From an uncultured Agitococcus sp. (GTDB lineage Bacteria > Pseudomonadota > Gammaproteobacteria > Pseudomonadales > Moraxellaceae): a stretch of DNA of 60,478 nucleotides. The DNA lies in assembly GCF_937920075.1 (NCBI RefSeq), contig NZ_CALETI010000172.1:1-60478 (forward strand), read 5' to 3'. Numbering within the stretch: position 1 is the stretch's first letter; the number at the start of each line of letters is the position of its first letter. The notes below the pieces were generated by a model that was not told where the DNA came from, did no database searches, and saw only the letters and a program-made list of their open reading frames with translations. A program made the position numbers and the translations under genes. This document shows, piece after piece, positions 52,501 through 60,478 of this stretch.

Positions 52501-52790
52501 AAGAGGCTTTAACCGCTTATCGCCAACAGCCACAGGCCTATGCCTTGATTTTGATGGATTGCGAAATGCCTGAACAAGATGGTTATGTCACCACACAATT
52601 GATTCGACAATTTGAGCAGCAGCAGCAACTAAAAGCAATTCCTATTGTGGCATTAACCGCTTATGTTAAAGCTGAGCAGTATAAGCATTGTTTAGAGGTA
52701 GGCATGAACGATTTTTTAAGTAAGCCTCTAACCGCTCAAACATTAAAGGCTTGTTTATTAAAAAATATTGGCGTAGATAAAACTGCGTAA
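49542..52790 (+). CDS. Hybrid sensor histidine kinase (MASE1-CHASE-HisKA-HATPase-REC-REC)
   Basis: MASE1 (VWPASG, WWVGD), CHASE (VEWAP, YFPILYIEP, LGYD), H-box FLANMSHEIRTP, GGTGLGL, terminal REC ILMDCEMP. Confidence 0.92.
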   Translation: MDKPSTSLLRTIIAHPLFGNLLLACLYFLTGHIGLALAAAPNFATAVWPASGIALAWVLMFGWRFAIGVVLGSFVVSSLETAKALELSVFEINHLIPLAIACGAAAQAVLGAWLIKRYANYPNPLDTPLNVFKLLLLGGVIATLLNATWSVSVLYFSKAISQDFVLQSWFVWWVGDSIGVLVFAPMLLALGSDSPFFNKTRAVLVAFVSVTTFALAALIFLLAVQLEHKDRLAEFKAHTQQLMQQLQQRLQEYESFALFAQGFFAGSEFVSQEEFYRFSKSWLQKHNEVQAVEWAPKVLLSQRSQWEKQQSELLKQAVLITERGGTQRDAVLMTARERELYFPILYIEPWQKNQQMLGYDTQSNEGSADLLKHIMSTELPLLSSPLKLIQSPTKESGVLLYVPIFQPDVARNINSLKGVLILVLKNEMVLAKVHQELIGKSFLLLVRDQHSKQSIYGIEPSAAELKKVSSLQMYYQGRVSFGQRLWIVDIWPSGQKLASYQSWVTWLVLVVGLLSTSLAVSYTLISTGYRQSLEKAVKRQTDTLVRQNQQLELARQDADKANAAKSLFLANMSHEIRTPMSGVLGMTELLRDTSLNMQQQQYLQVIYASGKAMLSIINDILDYSKIEAGKMEVEQIDVDLGEVLLECSSIFYLVAEQKGIDFIVSVEANTPTLVQTDPTRLKQILLNLLSNAFKFTTNGQVSLRIYQRHSQDSWLYIEVADTGIGISAEQKHSLFDAFQQANLSTTRQFGGTGLGLSISKQLAELLHGQIVVESELAKGSRFIVALPYVMATEQFKEQHRQASSLLKGLRVLLVDDNNDFGRHIVQQAELWGIHIDIIHDGEYALLLLKRAVQGQRPYHVVIFNVQQSTISIETLAEQIKQSPELQSLKRILVSRVATQPTAQQLADLAIDAVMQKPHSFMPMRDAILSVIPVEQIDQRYGALSPTQSSILAKKHILLAEDYMVNQMVIVAMLQKMHITVDVVSNGKEALTAYRQQPQAYALILMDCEMPEQDGYVTTQLIRQFEQQQQLKAIPIVALTAYVKAEQYKHCLEVGMNDFLSKPLTAQTLKACLLKNIGVDKTA

Positions 52791-53537
52791 TGCAATGCTG
52801 CCATATTCATAACCCTCATCTAGCCAAGATAAAACATCATTATCTTGGCTAACCCCTGCAACATACAATAACGGCCAATAATGGTCTTCACTGGGAATAG
52901 CCAAACGGGCAATTTGGCTCATCTGTTGCCGTGTTTGTGTTAAAAAAGCCAAATCGTGTTGTTCAATAGCCGCTTTTATTTGCATATCAAAACTAATCGC
53001 CCAATCAGCACCTTGTTCCCGTTGCTGCCAGTCTAAAAGCCCTAAATTATGTACCACGTTGCCACTTCCAATAATCATTACCCCTTGATGACGTAAGTCT
53101 TGTAGTTTTTTAGCAAATTCAAGGTGTTGTTGACGAGTAAATTGGGTATTCAAACTCAATTGCACCACAGGTACATCCGCTTGTGGAAAAAGATGTTTTA
53201 GTACTGTCCATGTGCCGTGGTCAAGACCTGCTTGTGAGTCAGCAACAATACCAATATTCATCGCTAATAACTGTTGAACCAAACTTTGATCGGTTTTAGC
53301 AGCATATTGCACCTCATACAATGCTTGGGGAAAACCATAAAAATCAAATATCTGCTTAGGTTGAATAGCACTGGTGATGCGTACACCTTGTGTCAGCCAA
53401 TGTGCCGAAATCATCAAAATGGCTCTTGGTTTAGCAAGTTGTTGACCACAATGTTTTAGATGTTGGGTAAAACGATTATCAAGCACGACATTTTCTGGCG
53501 AACCATGTCCCAAAAATAAAGCAGGGCTAAGAGTCAT
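52758..53537 (-). CDS. ygiD: 4,5-DOPA dioxygenase / LigB-family extradiol dioxygenase
   Basis: GHGSP, ISAHW, GLDHGTW, GSGNVVHNL. Confidence 0.88.
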   Translation of the reverse strand: MTLSPALFLGHGSPENVVLDNRFTQHLKHCGQQLAKPRAILMISAHWLTQGVRITSAIQPKQIFDFYGFPQALYEVQYAAKTDQSLVQQLLAMNIGIVADSQAGLDHGTWTVLKHLFPQADVPVVQLSLNTQFTRQQHLEFAKKLQDLRHQGVMIIGSGNVVHNLGLLDWQQREQGADWAISFDMQIKAAIEQHDLAFLTQTRQQMSQIARLAIPSEDHYWPLLYVAGVSQDNDVLSWLDEGYEYGSIALRSFIYANIF

Positions 53538-53818
53538 ATTGATTACTCCATATAAATAAATCCAGTGTAATGAGTTAATTATCTATAGAGTAGCCATAAA
53601 ACAGATAACAGGGTGTTGCCCAAAAGTGCGAATTAACACGGAATAATAAATATACAAATTTATATACAAGTGTATGTTTTTAAAGTCTTAACTTTTTGCG
53701 CCAGTTTTTTAACTTTCGACGCATTTTCACTAATCATTGTCAGAAATTATCAATCAATGCCTTATGTTGAAACGTAAGATTGTCCTACAATTTAACCGTG
53801 TTGATGTTTAAGGGCAAA

Positions 53819-56800
53819 ATGATGAAAAAAACTTACTTAAGCGCAGCGATTGCGATTACCATGCTCAGTGCGAGTGGGGCTTATGCCAATTTGGCCAATG
53901 GATTGCCTTATGATGTCAGTATGGATGCCAATGGTTTTATGATTGATGGTCAGTATCGTTTGTTGCGTGGCGGCACGGTGCAATGGTTTCGGATTCCAAG
54001 CAGTGAATGGCGTGACCGTTTAGAGCGTTTTAAGGCCGCAGGTTTTAACACGGTAGATTTATATGTGGCGTGGAACAGTGTAGAGCCACGTGAAGGGCAA
54101 TTTAATTTTAGTAGCCCTAATTTGCGTCAATTTATTTTGTTGTGTAAAGAGTTAGGTTTGTATGTTTATTTACGACCAGGCCCTTATATTACCAATGAAA
54201 TGGATGGTGGCGGTGTGCCTGCATGGTTAATGGCTAAGTCCACCAAAAAAGACATTGCGGCGGATGGCAAACCTAATTTACGTACCCATGACCCTGATTA
54301 TTTAAACTATGTGGGTAAATATTTACGCCGTGTGAATGCCGAAGTGCGTGATTTGTTTGCCGATCGTGGCGGGCCAATTATTTTATATTCGGTAGAAAAT
54401 GAATATAACTGGTTTCAACCTTTTCACGAGGCTGACAAATTATTTGGTTATGAAGGTGGGCCAGAACGTGGTTTGTGGCAAAGCTTTAATCCCAATGCTT
54501 ATTTTACCGCCTTGCGTGACATTGTCCGTAACGATGGCATTACTATTCCCATTACCACTTGCCCTGGTGATGGCAAAGCTTCAGCGACAGGCGATGTGTC
54601 TGGTGTTGTGCCTATGCCCAATATTTATAATGGTTTAGGCGGTGATTATCCCGAAAAAACGGCTGTTGACCTGTTAACCGATATGCACAGCAGTAATCAT
54701 GGTGGTGTGTATGCCAATATGCCCAGTGGTACTACCGAAACCGACCGTGACCCAGTCAAAATCAAACGCTTATTATTAGGCGGTTTAGATGGCACATTGG
54801 CCTTTAATGCGGTGGGTATGATGACCCCTGGTTATCGTAATGCTATTGTGTTAAATACTCGCAGTGTTGATAACGCCTTTGATTTTAGTTCGATTAACAA
54901 CATCATGAATGGTTTTGTCTCGCCACAAGTGGGCTATTTTCATGGGGTTGTTGATTATTATGGGCCTGTGTCGCCGTCTGGTTTATTGCGTCCATCATTC
55001 CATGCTTTCCGCCGTGATAACTTATTTTTTGATGCAGTAGAGCCGTATTTTGCCAGTGCAGGTACAGCACAAAAAACAGGTTTAAGTATGAGTAATACGG
55101 AGTTGGGTGCGCGTGAACCCAACAATGTTAAGGTCAATTATTGGCTACAAGGCACTCAAGGTGTGCAATTTGTTGGTTTGGTAAATCAATCAGGTTTTGC
55201 GCAAAATATTCCTGTCAATGGCATTAGCTTAAACGGCCAAACTTTACCTAAGTATGTGCCAATGACTGTACCAACCAATCCAGAAGCAGGTGTCGCTTCT
55301 AAAGACTATGCGATGATTTTGGTCAAAGATTTACCGTTAAGCAATGGTGCAGGCAAAGTTGCATGGACAAGCAGTGAGTTATTAACGTCACGCAGTTATA
55401 ACGGTGATGCTTTAGTGATTGTGCATGGTGTGGCCAATAATCAAGGTGAATTGGTGTTAGAAGGTTTGGGCAATGCTACCGTTATCACCCGTGATAATGG
55501 AATTAACATTGCCGAACAAAATGCTAATCGTTTAGCCTTAACCTATAGCCACTATCCACATTTAGAATTAGTGGTGCGTAGTGAAGCGGGTAAAACGGTG
55601 CGTGTGTTAGTGACAACTACCGAAGAAGCAGGCCGTTTTTGGTTTCCACGCATTAATAATCAAGATTATGTGGTGGCAGGTTTAGAACTGTTAAAAGAAA
55701 CTGGTGTATCCTCAGTGTACAACTTACAGTTGGCAGCGGAATATGACGTTAAAAATCGCCCCCTGTTTGTTATGTCACCACGTCGGATGCAGTTACGCAA
55801 TTTAGTGGTGAATAGTGCGTGGAATAGTCAAACTCAAAGTGCAACGTTTACCAAGCCACAAAGTATTCCTAACTTAGCACCATTACCGAGTTTAATGGCA
55901 GGTAAAGTAGCCAGCGATATGGGCGAAGCAAAATTGGATTATGATGACAGTACATGGATGAAGTGGACAGGTCAGCCACAACCCTTAGAAAGTAAAGGCA
56001 TTTATACAGGTCATGCTTGGTATCGTACCGAGTTAGATTTTGACCATGCGCCATATTGGTGGGAAGACTGTTCCTTATATATTGAACATGCCAGTGATAT
56101 TGTTGGGATTTATGTCAACGGCACGTATTTAAGCACCAAGTTACCAGTAGGTACGGAGTTAGATTCTGACTCTTGGAATGCTAAATATCAGTTTCCGTCA
56201 TTACGTCCTTACTTAAAACAAGGTAAAAATGTGGTGGCTTTCCGTGTTGAATCATGGGGACACGGTAGCTTTATGTTCCCACGTGGCACATTAGCTGCAA
56301 CCAACATGAAAATTCCAAGTTTGGGTTTTGACAGTGTCAAAGGCTTGTGGGGAACAGCACGTTTAGGCGGTACTAATTTAACGAATTGGTCGTTACGTGC
56401 TGATTTAAATGGTGAACGTACGGGTTTAATGAGTAACAGTTATAGTGATAGTGCATGGCAAGCTGCAAGCTTACCAATGAATTTAGCCAAAGGCGAGGTG
56501 CGTTGGTATCGTGCCAAGTTTGATGCTAGCCAATTACCCAATACCAGCAATTTACACGCGCCTTTATCCTTACGTTTTGCGGGTCAACGTGTTAAAGCAA
56601 CAGTTTGGTTAAATGGTCAGTTAATTGGTCGTTGGTTAAGTGGTGATGGTTGGATTGATAATGGCTTTTGGGGGCGTGCGATTCGTGATATGTGGATGAA
56701 TACTAACCCTGATTATTTCCCCATTAGCACGACAGGCTTAAACCCAGCAGGTACAGCCAATGTGTTAGCAGTTGCCTTTGAAGATGTCTCGGATGGTGGC

Positions 56801-56932
56801 GAAAGCGCAGGACAAGTAGGTGAAGTATCTTTGGCCTATAGCCCAGAAATCAGAGCCGATATTAATGGTCAGTCGATGTTGGTCAATCAACCACGCGGTA
56901 AAACGCTGTTGAATGTGGACTTTTTAGAGTAA
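53819..56932 (+). CDS. Secreted glycoside hydrolase family 35 (beta-galactosidase-like) with C-terminal beta-sandwich domains
   Basis: Signal peptide; WRDRLERFKAAGFNTV..YVAWN, LRPGPYI..E..GG.P.W, GGPII..VENEY. Confidence 0.82.
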   Translation: MMKKTYLSAAIAITMLSASGAYANLANGLPYDVSMDANGFMIDGQYRLLRGGTVQWFRIPSSEWRDRLERFKAAGFNTVDLYVAWNSVEPREGQFNFSSPNLRQFILLCKELGLYVYLRPGPYITNEMDGGGVPAWLMAKSTKKDIAADGKPNLRTHDPDYLNYVGKYLRRVNAEVRDLFADRGGPIILYSVENEYNWFQPFHEADKLFGYEGGPERGLWQSFNPNAYFTALRDIVRNDGITIPITTCPGDGKASATGDVSGVVPMPNIYNGLGGDYPEKTAVDLLTDMHSSNHGGVYANMPSGTTETDRDPVKIKRLLLGGLDGTLAFNAVGMMTPGYRNAIVLNTRSVDNAFDFSSINNIMNGFVSPQVGYFHGVVDYYGPVSPSGLLRPSFHAFRRDNLFFDAVEPYFASAGTAQKTGLSMSNTELGAREPNNVKVNYWLQGTQGVQFVGLVNQSGFAQNIPVNGISLNGQTLPKYVPMTVPTNPEAGVASKDYAMILVKDLPLSNGAGKVAWTSSELLTSRSYNGDALVIVHGVANNQGELVLEGLGNATVITRDNGINIAEQNANRLALTYSHYPHLELVVRSEAGKTVRVLVTTTEEAGRFWFPRINNQDYVVAGLELLKETGVSSVYNLQLAAEYDVKNRPLFVMSPRRMQLRNLVVNSAWNSQTQSATFTKPQSIPNLAPLPSLMAGKVASDMGEAKLDYDDSTWMKWTGQPQPLESKGIYTGHAWYRTELDFDHAPYWWEDCSLYIEHASDIVGIYVNGTYLSTKLPVGTELDSDSWNAKYQFPSLRPYLKQGKNVVAFRVESWGHGSFMFPRGTLAATNMKIPSLGFDSVKGLWGTARLGGTNLTNWSLRADLNGERTGLMSNSYSDSAWQAASLPMNLAKGEVRWYRAKFDASQLPNTSNLHAPLSLRFAGQRVKATVWLNGQLIGRWLSGDGWIDNGFWGRAIRDMWMNTNPDYFPISTTGLNPAGTANVLAVAFEDVSDGGESAGQVGEVSLAYSPEIRADINGQSMLVNQPRGKTLLNVDFLE

Positions 56933-56944
56933 TTTACGCTAACT

Positions 56945-56974
56945 AAAAAAGGCTTGGGTAAACAAGCCTTTTTT
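56945..56974. terminator. Bidirectional terminator
   Basis: aaaaaaggcttg-ggtaaa-caagcctttttt. Confidence 0.88.
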
Positions 56975-57374
56975 ATTCAAACCAATTTACAACTTGCAAA
57001 CCTTGCACTCTTTCAAACTCACGTACATTACGTGTCACTAATTGGCCATTTACCGATAAAGCAGAGGCGGCAATTAATACATCATGTGCGCCTATTGGTA
57101 AACCTGTTTTTTCTAAATCGACACGAATCTGAGCGGCTAATTCAGCGACTTTTTCATTCACATCAATAATAGATAAAAATTGCAAAAACTTGCTTAAGGC
57201 TTTGAGTCGTGGCAAGGCGGCCTCATGTGGTAAACGCAAAATCCCATATTTGAGTTCATAAACAACAATAGCGGGGACAGCAATTTGTTGCAAAGGTGTT
57301 GCCTGTAATTGTTGCACTACACAAGGCTCATTTCTAAAATAATAGCTAATGGTATTGGTATCTAAAACTAACAT
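56973..57374 (-). CDS. vapC: PIN-domain toxin
   Basis: LDTN, ELKYG, IGAHDVLIAA, LVTRNVREFERV. Confidence 0.93.
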   Translation of the reverse strand: MLVLDTNTISYYFRNEPCVVQQLQATPLQQIAVPAIVVYELKYGILRLPHEAALPRLKALSKFLQFLSIIDVNEKVAELAAQIRVDLEKTGLPIGAHDVLIAASALSVNGQLVTRNVREFERVQGLQVVNWFE

Positions 57375-57601
57375 TAAAAGCCTACTCTGGGTGTATCTTC
57401 TGCGTGTTGTAACTTATTTTCTCGTAAAGGAAAATCTGCAAAAGACCCTGCTAGGTTTTTAAGTTCTTTTGGCCATTCTTGACGAGCGTGTTTTTTAATT
57501 AATTCGGCTATCCATTTGCTATTAGATAAGCCTGCTGCTTGTGCTGATTGGCGTAATAATTGTTCAGCTTCGTCATCCAAATATAAAGTAATTTGAGACA
57601 T
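57374..57601 (-). CDS. vapB: CopG/RHH-type antitoxin
   Basis: MSQITLYLDD..GLSNSKWIAELI; translationally coupled upstream of vapC. Confidence 0.85.
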   Translation of the reverse strand: MSQITLYLDDEAEQLLRQSAQAAGLSNSKWIAELIKKHARQEWPKELKNLAGSFADFPLRENKLQHAEDTPRVGF

Positions 57602-57663
57602 AAAAACCTCTTATAAATTATATTAGCTATTATAGTGTAGCAAAGATATAGGATCAATTTTAT

Positions 57664-58542
57664 TTAAAGATCAGTTTTTTTAAACAATCTCACCACCGAA
57701 CTTAAATCTTCCAAACTTGCACCTGTTGCGGCATGAAGTCTTAACAGTTGTGAGGCCAACGCTGAAATCGGGGTGCTACTGGTATTTTCTTTGGCTAAAG
57801 CCACCGCATTATCCAAATCTTTTAATAGGGTTTGTACTTTCCATTGCACAGGTTCAAAGCTATCTGTTGCCATGCGTGGTGCTAAAATTTGTAAGGGTAA
57901 TGAATCGGCAAAACCACCTGCAAGGGCAGGGGCGAGTTGACGAGCATCAACACCTGCTTTGGCGGCTAAAGCCACCGTTTCAGCAATTAAAACAGCATTA
58001 CTGGCGACAATCATTTGATTGCAAATTTTGGTAATTTGCCCTGTGCCAACATCGCCCATATGGGTTAATTTTTGTCCTAAATGTTGGGCAATAGGCTTAA
58101 ATCGTTCTATTTGTTGGCCTTCACCACCAGCCATTAAAATGAGAGTGCCTTTTTCTGCGCCCATCACTCCACCCGACACTGGACAATCAAGCCAATAAAT
58201 ATCTTGTGCGCGTAAGCGTTGAGCAAATAGGCGTGTGGCATCAGGTGTAATACTACTAAAATCAACAATTAACTGTTGGCTGCTTAAATAATTAGCGAGG
58301 CCATTTTCACCAAAAACAACAGACTCAACAGCATCGGTATCCGCTAAACATAATAAAATAATGTCACATTCGCGGCCAATATCTGCTAGGTTTGCCGCAA
58401 GTTTTGCGCCTTGTTCCACTAAGGCTTGGCATTTATCTACCGAACGATTCCACACCCAAACGTCAAACCCCGCTTGTAACAAACGAGAAGTCATTCGACT
58501 TCCCATTAACCCCATGCCAATAAAACCGATCTTTGTCATCAT
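57664..58542 (-). CDS. Beta-hydroxyacid dehydrogenase family NAD(P)-dependent oxidoreductase
   Basis: GFIGMGLMG, DCPVSGG, KICNQ, KDL. Confidence 0.9.
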   Translation of the reverse strand: MMTKIGFIGMGLMGSRMTSRLLQAGFDVWVWNRSVDKCQALVEQGAKLAANLADIGRECDIILLCLADTDAVESVVFGENGLANYLSSQQLIVDFSSITPDATRLFAQRLRAQDIYWLDCPVSGGVMGAEKGTLILMAGGEGQQIERFKPIAQHLGQKLTHMGDVGTGQITKICNQMIVASNAVLIAETVALAAKAGVDARQLAPALAGGFADSLPLQILAPRMATDSFEPVQWKVQTLLKDLDNAVALAKENTSSTPISALASQLLRLHAATGASLEDLSSVVRLFKKTDL

Positions 58543-58638
58543 TTACTCACTTGTCTTTGTTACGTTAATCGTCTAAGGTGCAAACAATCATCATAAAGCA
58601 TTAAACTTAATTTGATAATCATCATGGATAAAGGTGCT

Positions 58639-59535
58639 ATGCTAAAAAAGTTACTCGCTCAAGGCTTACGCAAAATCTTTAAATTAACACCGCAAGCACA
58701 TATTTATAGTCCGCCTTTAGCTCAAGATGAACAAGCCATCGAATTAACCTATTTAGGCACAGCAGGATTTATTATTAAAAACAAACAACGTACTGTTGTT
58801 TTAGACCCTTATTTAAGCCGAATTGGTGTAACCGAACTCTTACGGCCATTACATACTAATACAGCATTATTAAAAAAATATATTCCCAAAGCCGATGAAG
58901 TATTAATTGGTCATGCCCATTATGACCATATTTTAGATGCACCAGATTTATGTAAGCAAACAGGCGCACGGTTAATTGGTTCGCGGGCAACATGTATGGT
59001 TGGCCGAGCAGCAGGTTTACCTGAGTCGCAGTTGGTTGAAACTCAAGGCCGTGAAGATATTGCCTGTGGCGCATGGACAGTGCGTGGTTTACCTTCGATT
59101 CACGGCAAAGCGATTATGGGGCGTATTCCTATCCCTGGTGATATTTTGTCACCGCCTGTTTGGCCGCCCAAAATGCTCGATTTAAAACATGGTTTGGTTT
59201 TAAATTGGTTAGTAGATACAGGCAAATTAAAAATTGTTCATATTGATTCGGCTGATTTTATTGCCGAAGAATTAAAAGGTGTGCAAGCAGATGTTGTCTG
59301 TTTGTGTGCGATTGGTCGAAAATATCGGCCTAATTATGTCAAAGAAGTGGTTGAATTGTTAAAGCCTAAGTGGATTGTGCCTTGTCATTGGGATACGATG
59401 TTTACCCCGTTTGAACAAGAGCCAGATTATATTCCGAGTGTCGATTTGGCAGGTTTTGTACAGGAAATTAAGGATGCAGGGGTAGAGCCGATTGTCATGC
59501 CCATGCGTGGAAAACAATGGTTTAAGAGAGCATAA
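58639..59535 (+). CDS. MBL-fold metallo-hydrolase
   Basis: YLGTAG, LDPY, HAHYDH, PCHWD. Confidence 0.88.
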   Translation: MLKKLLAQGLRKIFKLTPQAHIYSPPLAQDEQAIELTYLGTAGFIIKNKQRTVVLDPYLSRIGVTELLRPLHTNTALLKKYIPKADEVLIGHAHYDHILDAPDLCKQTGARLIGSRATCMVGRAAGLPESQLVETQGREDIACGAWTVRGLPSIHGKAIMGRIPIPGDILSPPVWPPKMLDLKHGLVLNWLVDTGKLKIVHIDSADFIAEELKGVQADVVCLCAIGRKYRPNYVKEVVELLKPKWIVPCHWDTMFTPFEQEPDYIPSVDLAGFVQEIKDAGVEPIVMPMRGKQWFKRA

Positions 59536-59538
59536 AAT

Positions 59539-60477
59539 ATGGCAGGTAGTAGCCTATTAGCATTAATTGATGATATTGCCACCTTATTAGACGATGTGGC
59601 AGCAATGACCAAAATCGCAGCCAAAAAAACATCAGGCGTCTTGGGAGATGATTTGGCCTTAAATGCCCAACAAGTGGCAGGGGTAAAAGCCGATCGAGAA
59701 TTACCCGTCGTTTGGGCAGTCGCTAAGGGATCGTTAAAAAATAAAGCGATTTTAGTGCCAGCCGCATTATTAATTAGTGCCTTTGCTAATTGGGCGATTA
59801 TGCCGTTATTAATGTTGGGTGGCTTGTTTTTGTGTTTTGAAGGGGTGGAGAAACTGATTCATCCCTTATTGCATAGTCATGATGAAGATGAACAACATCA
59901 CCAAGAATTAGTGCAAGCCGTGACGAATCCCGAAGTGGATATTTTGGCGTTTGAAAAAGAAAAAGTGACAGGTGCAATTCGTACCGATTTTATTTTATCA
60001 GCAGAAATTATTGTTATTACCTTAGGCACAGTGGCACAAACAACCTTTATTAATCAAGTATTAGTGTTAGTTGGTATTGCAGTTTTAATGACGGTGGGAG
60101 TTTATGGTTTGGTGGCAGGCATTGTCCGCTTAGATGATATGGGTTTACATCTGACTCAACAAGCCAATGCGGCCAAACAACAATTAGGCCGCTTTTTATT
60201 GGCATTAGCACCTAAGTTAATGAAGTTTTTATCGATTGCAGGGACAGCAGCGATGTTTATGGTTGGGGGTAGCATCTTAGTTCATGGTTTGCCTGTTGTG
60301 CATCATGCGATTGAACACAGTGCAGAAGCTGCTTCACATATTGCTGTGGTTGGTGGCTTATTAAAGTTTGTTGTTGGTATGTTGGCTGAAATGTTAGTCG
60401 GTATTGTCGCAGGTTTAGCCGCAGTGATGGTTATGACAGGCGTCAGCAAAGTATTGCCTAAAAAAGCTGAGGCTTGA
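59539..60477 (+). CDS. DUF808 (YedI-like) membrane protein
   Basis: [47 protein letters not shown]. Confidence 0.92.
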   Translation: MAGSSLLALIDDIATLLDDVAAMTKIAAKKTSGVLGDDLALNAQQVAGVKADRELPVVWAVAKGSLKNKAILVPAALLISAFANWAIMPLLMLGGLFLCFEGVEKLIHPLLHSHDEDEQHHQELVQAVTNPEVDILAFEKEKVTGAIRTDFILSAEIIVITLGTVAQTTFINQVLVLVGIAVLMTVGVYGLVAGIVRLDDMGLHLTQQANAAKQQLGRFLLALAPKLMKFLSIAGTAAMFMVGGSILVHGLPVVHHAIEHSAEAASHIAVVGGLLKFVVGMLAEMLVGIVAGLAAVMVMTGVSKVLPKKAEA

Positions 60478-60478
60478 T

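Noticed and set aside
58639..59535. Metallo-beta-lactamase resistance gene
   Set aside because: HxHxDH only shows the MBL fold; there is no clear signal peptide or B1-B3 signature.

Overview
AT-rich gammaproteobacterial chromosome segment; gene content and order suggest Moraxellaceae (inference). Core loci: a complete nuoA-N (NuoCD fused) operon, hisB-hisH-hisA-hisF, tRNA-Phe and trhP. Accessory loci: a LysR-controlled thiol/redox cluster, a divergent CCNGG-type restriction-modification pair, a split ACAD10/11-like kinase plus acyl-CoA dehydrogenase operon, a hybrid histidine kinase, a secreted GH35 enzyme and vapBC. Best candidate for a new system: a sigma54 regulon driven by an enhancer-binding protein whose sensor domain I cannot recognise (34050-35588). 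Three promoters (before a VIT-vWA GlyGly-CTERM surface protein, a YiaAB-like membrane protein, and a distant LPP20-like lipoprotein operon) share a -24/-12 box and a tandem RCA-W5-TGT motif pair spaced exactly 22 bp, in helical phase with the promoter. The intergenic DNA also carries a MITE-like family (TAGGACTTACGCA ends) with swappable internal palindromic cassettes, plus three REP-like palindrome families, some nested and some supplying gene 3' ends. All protein family calls are from motif recognition by eye, not database searches.
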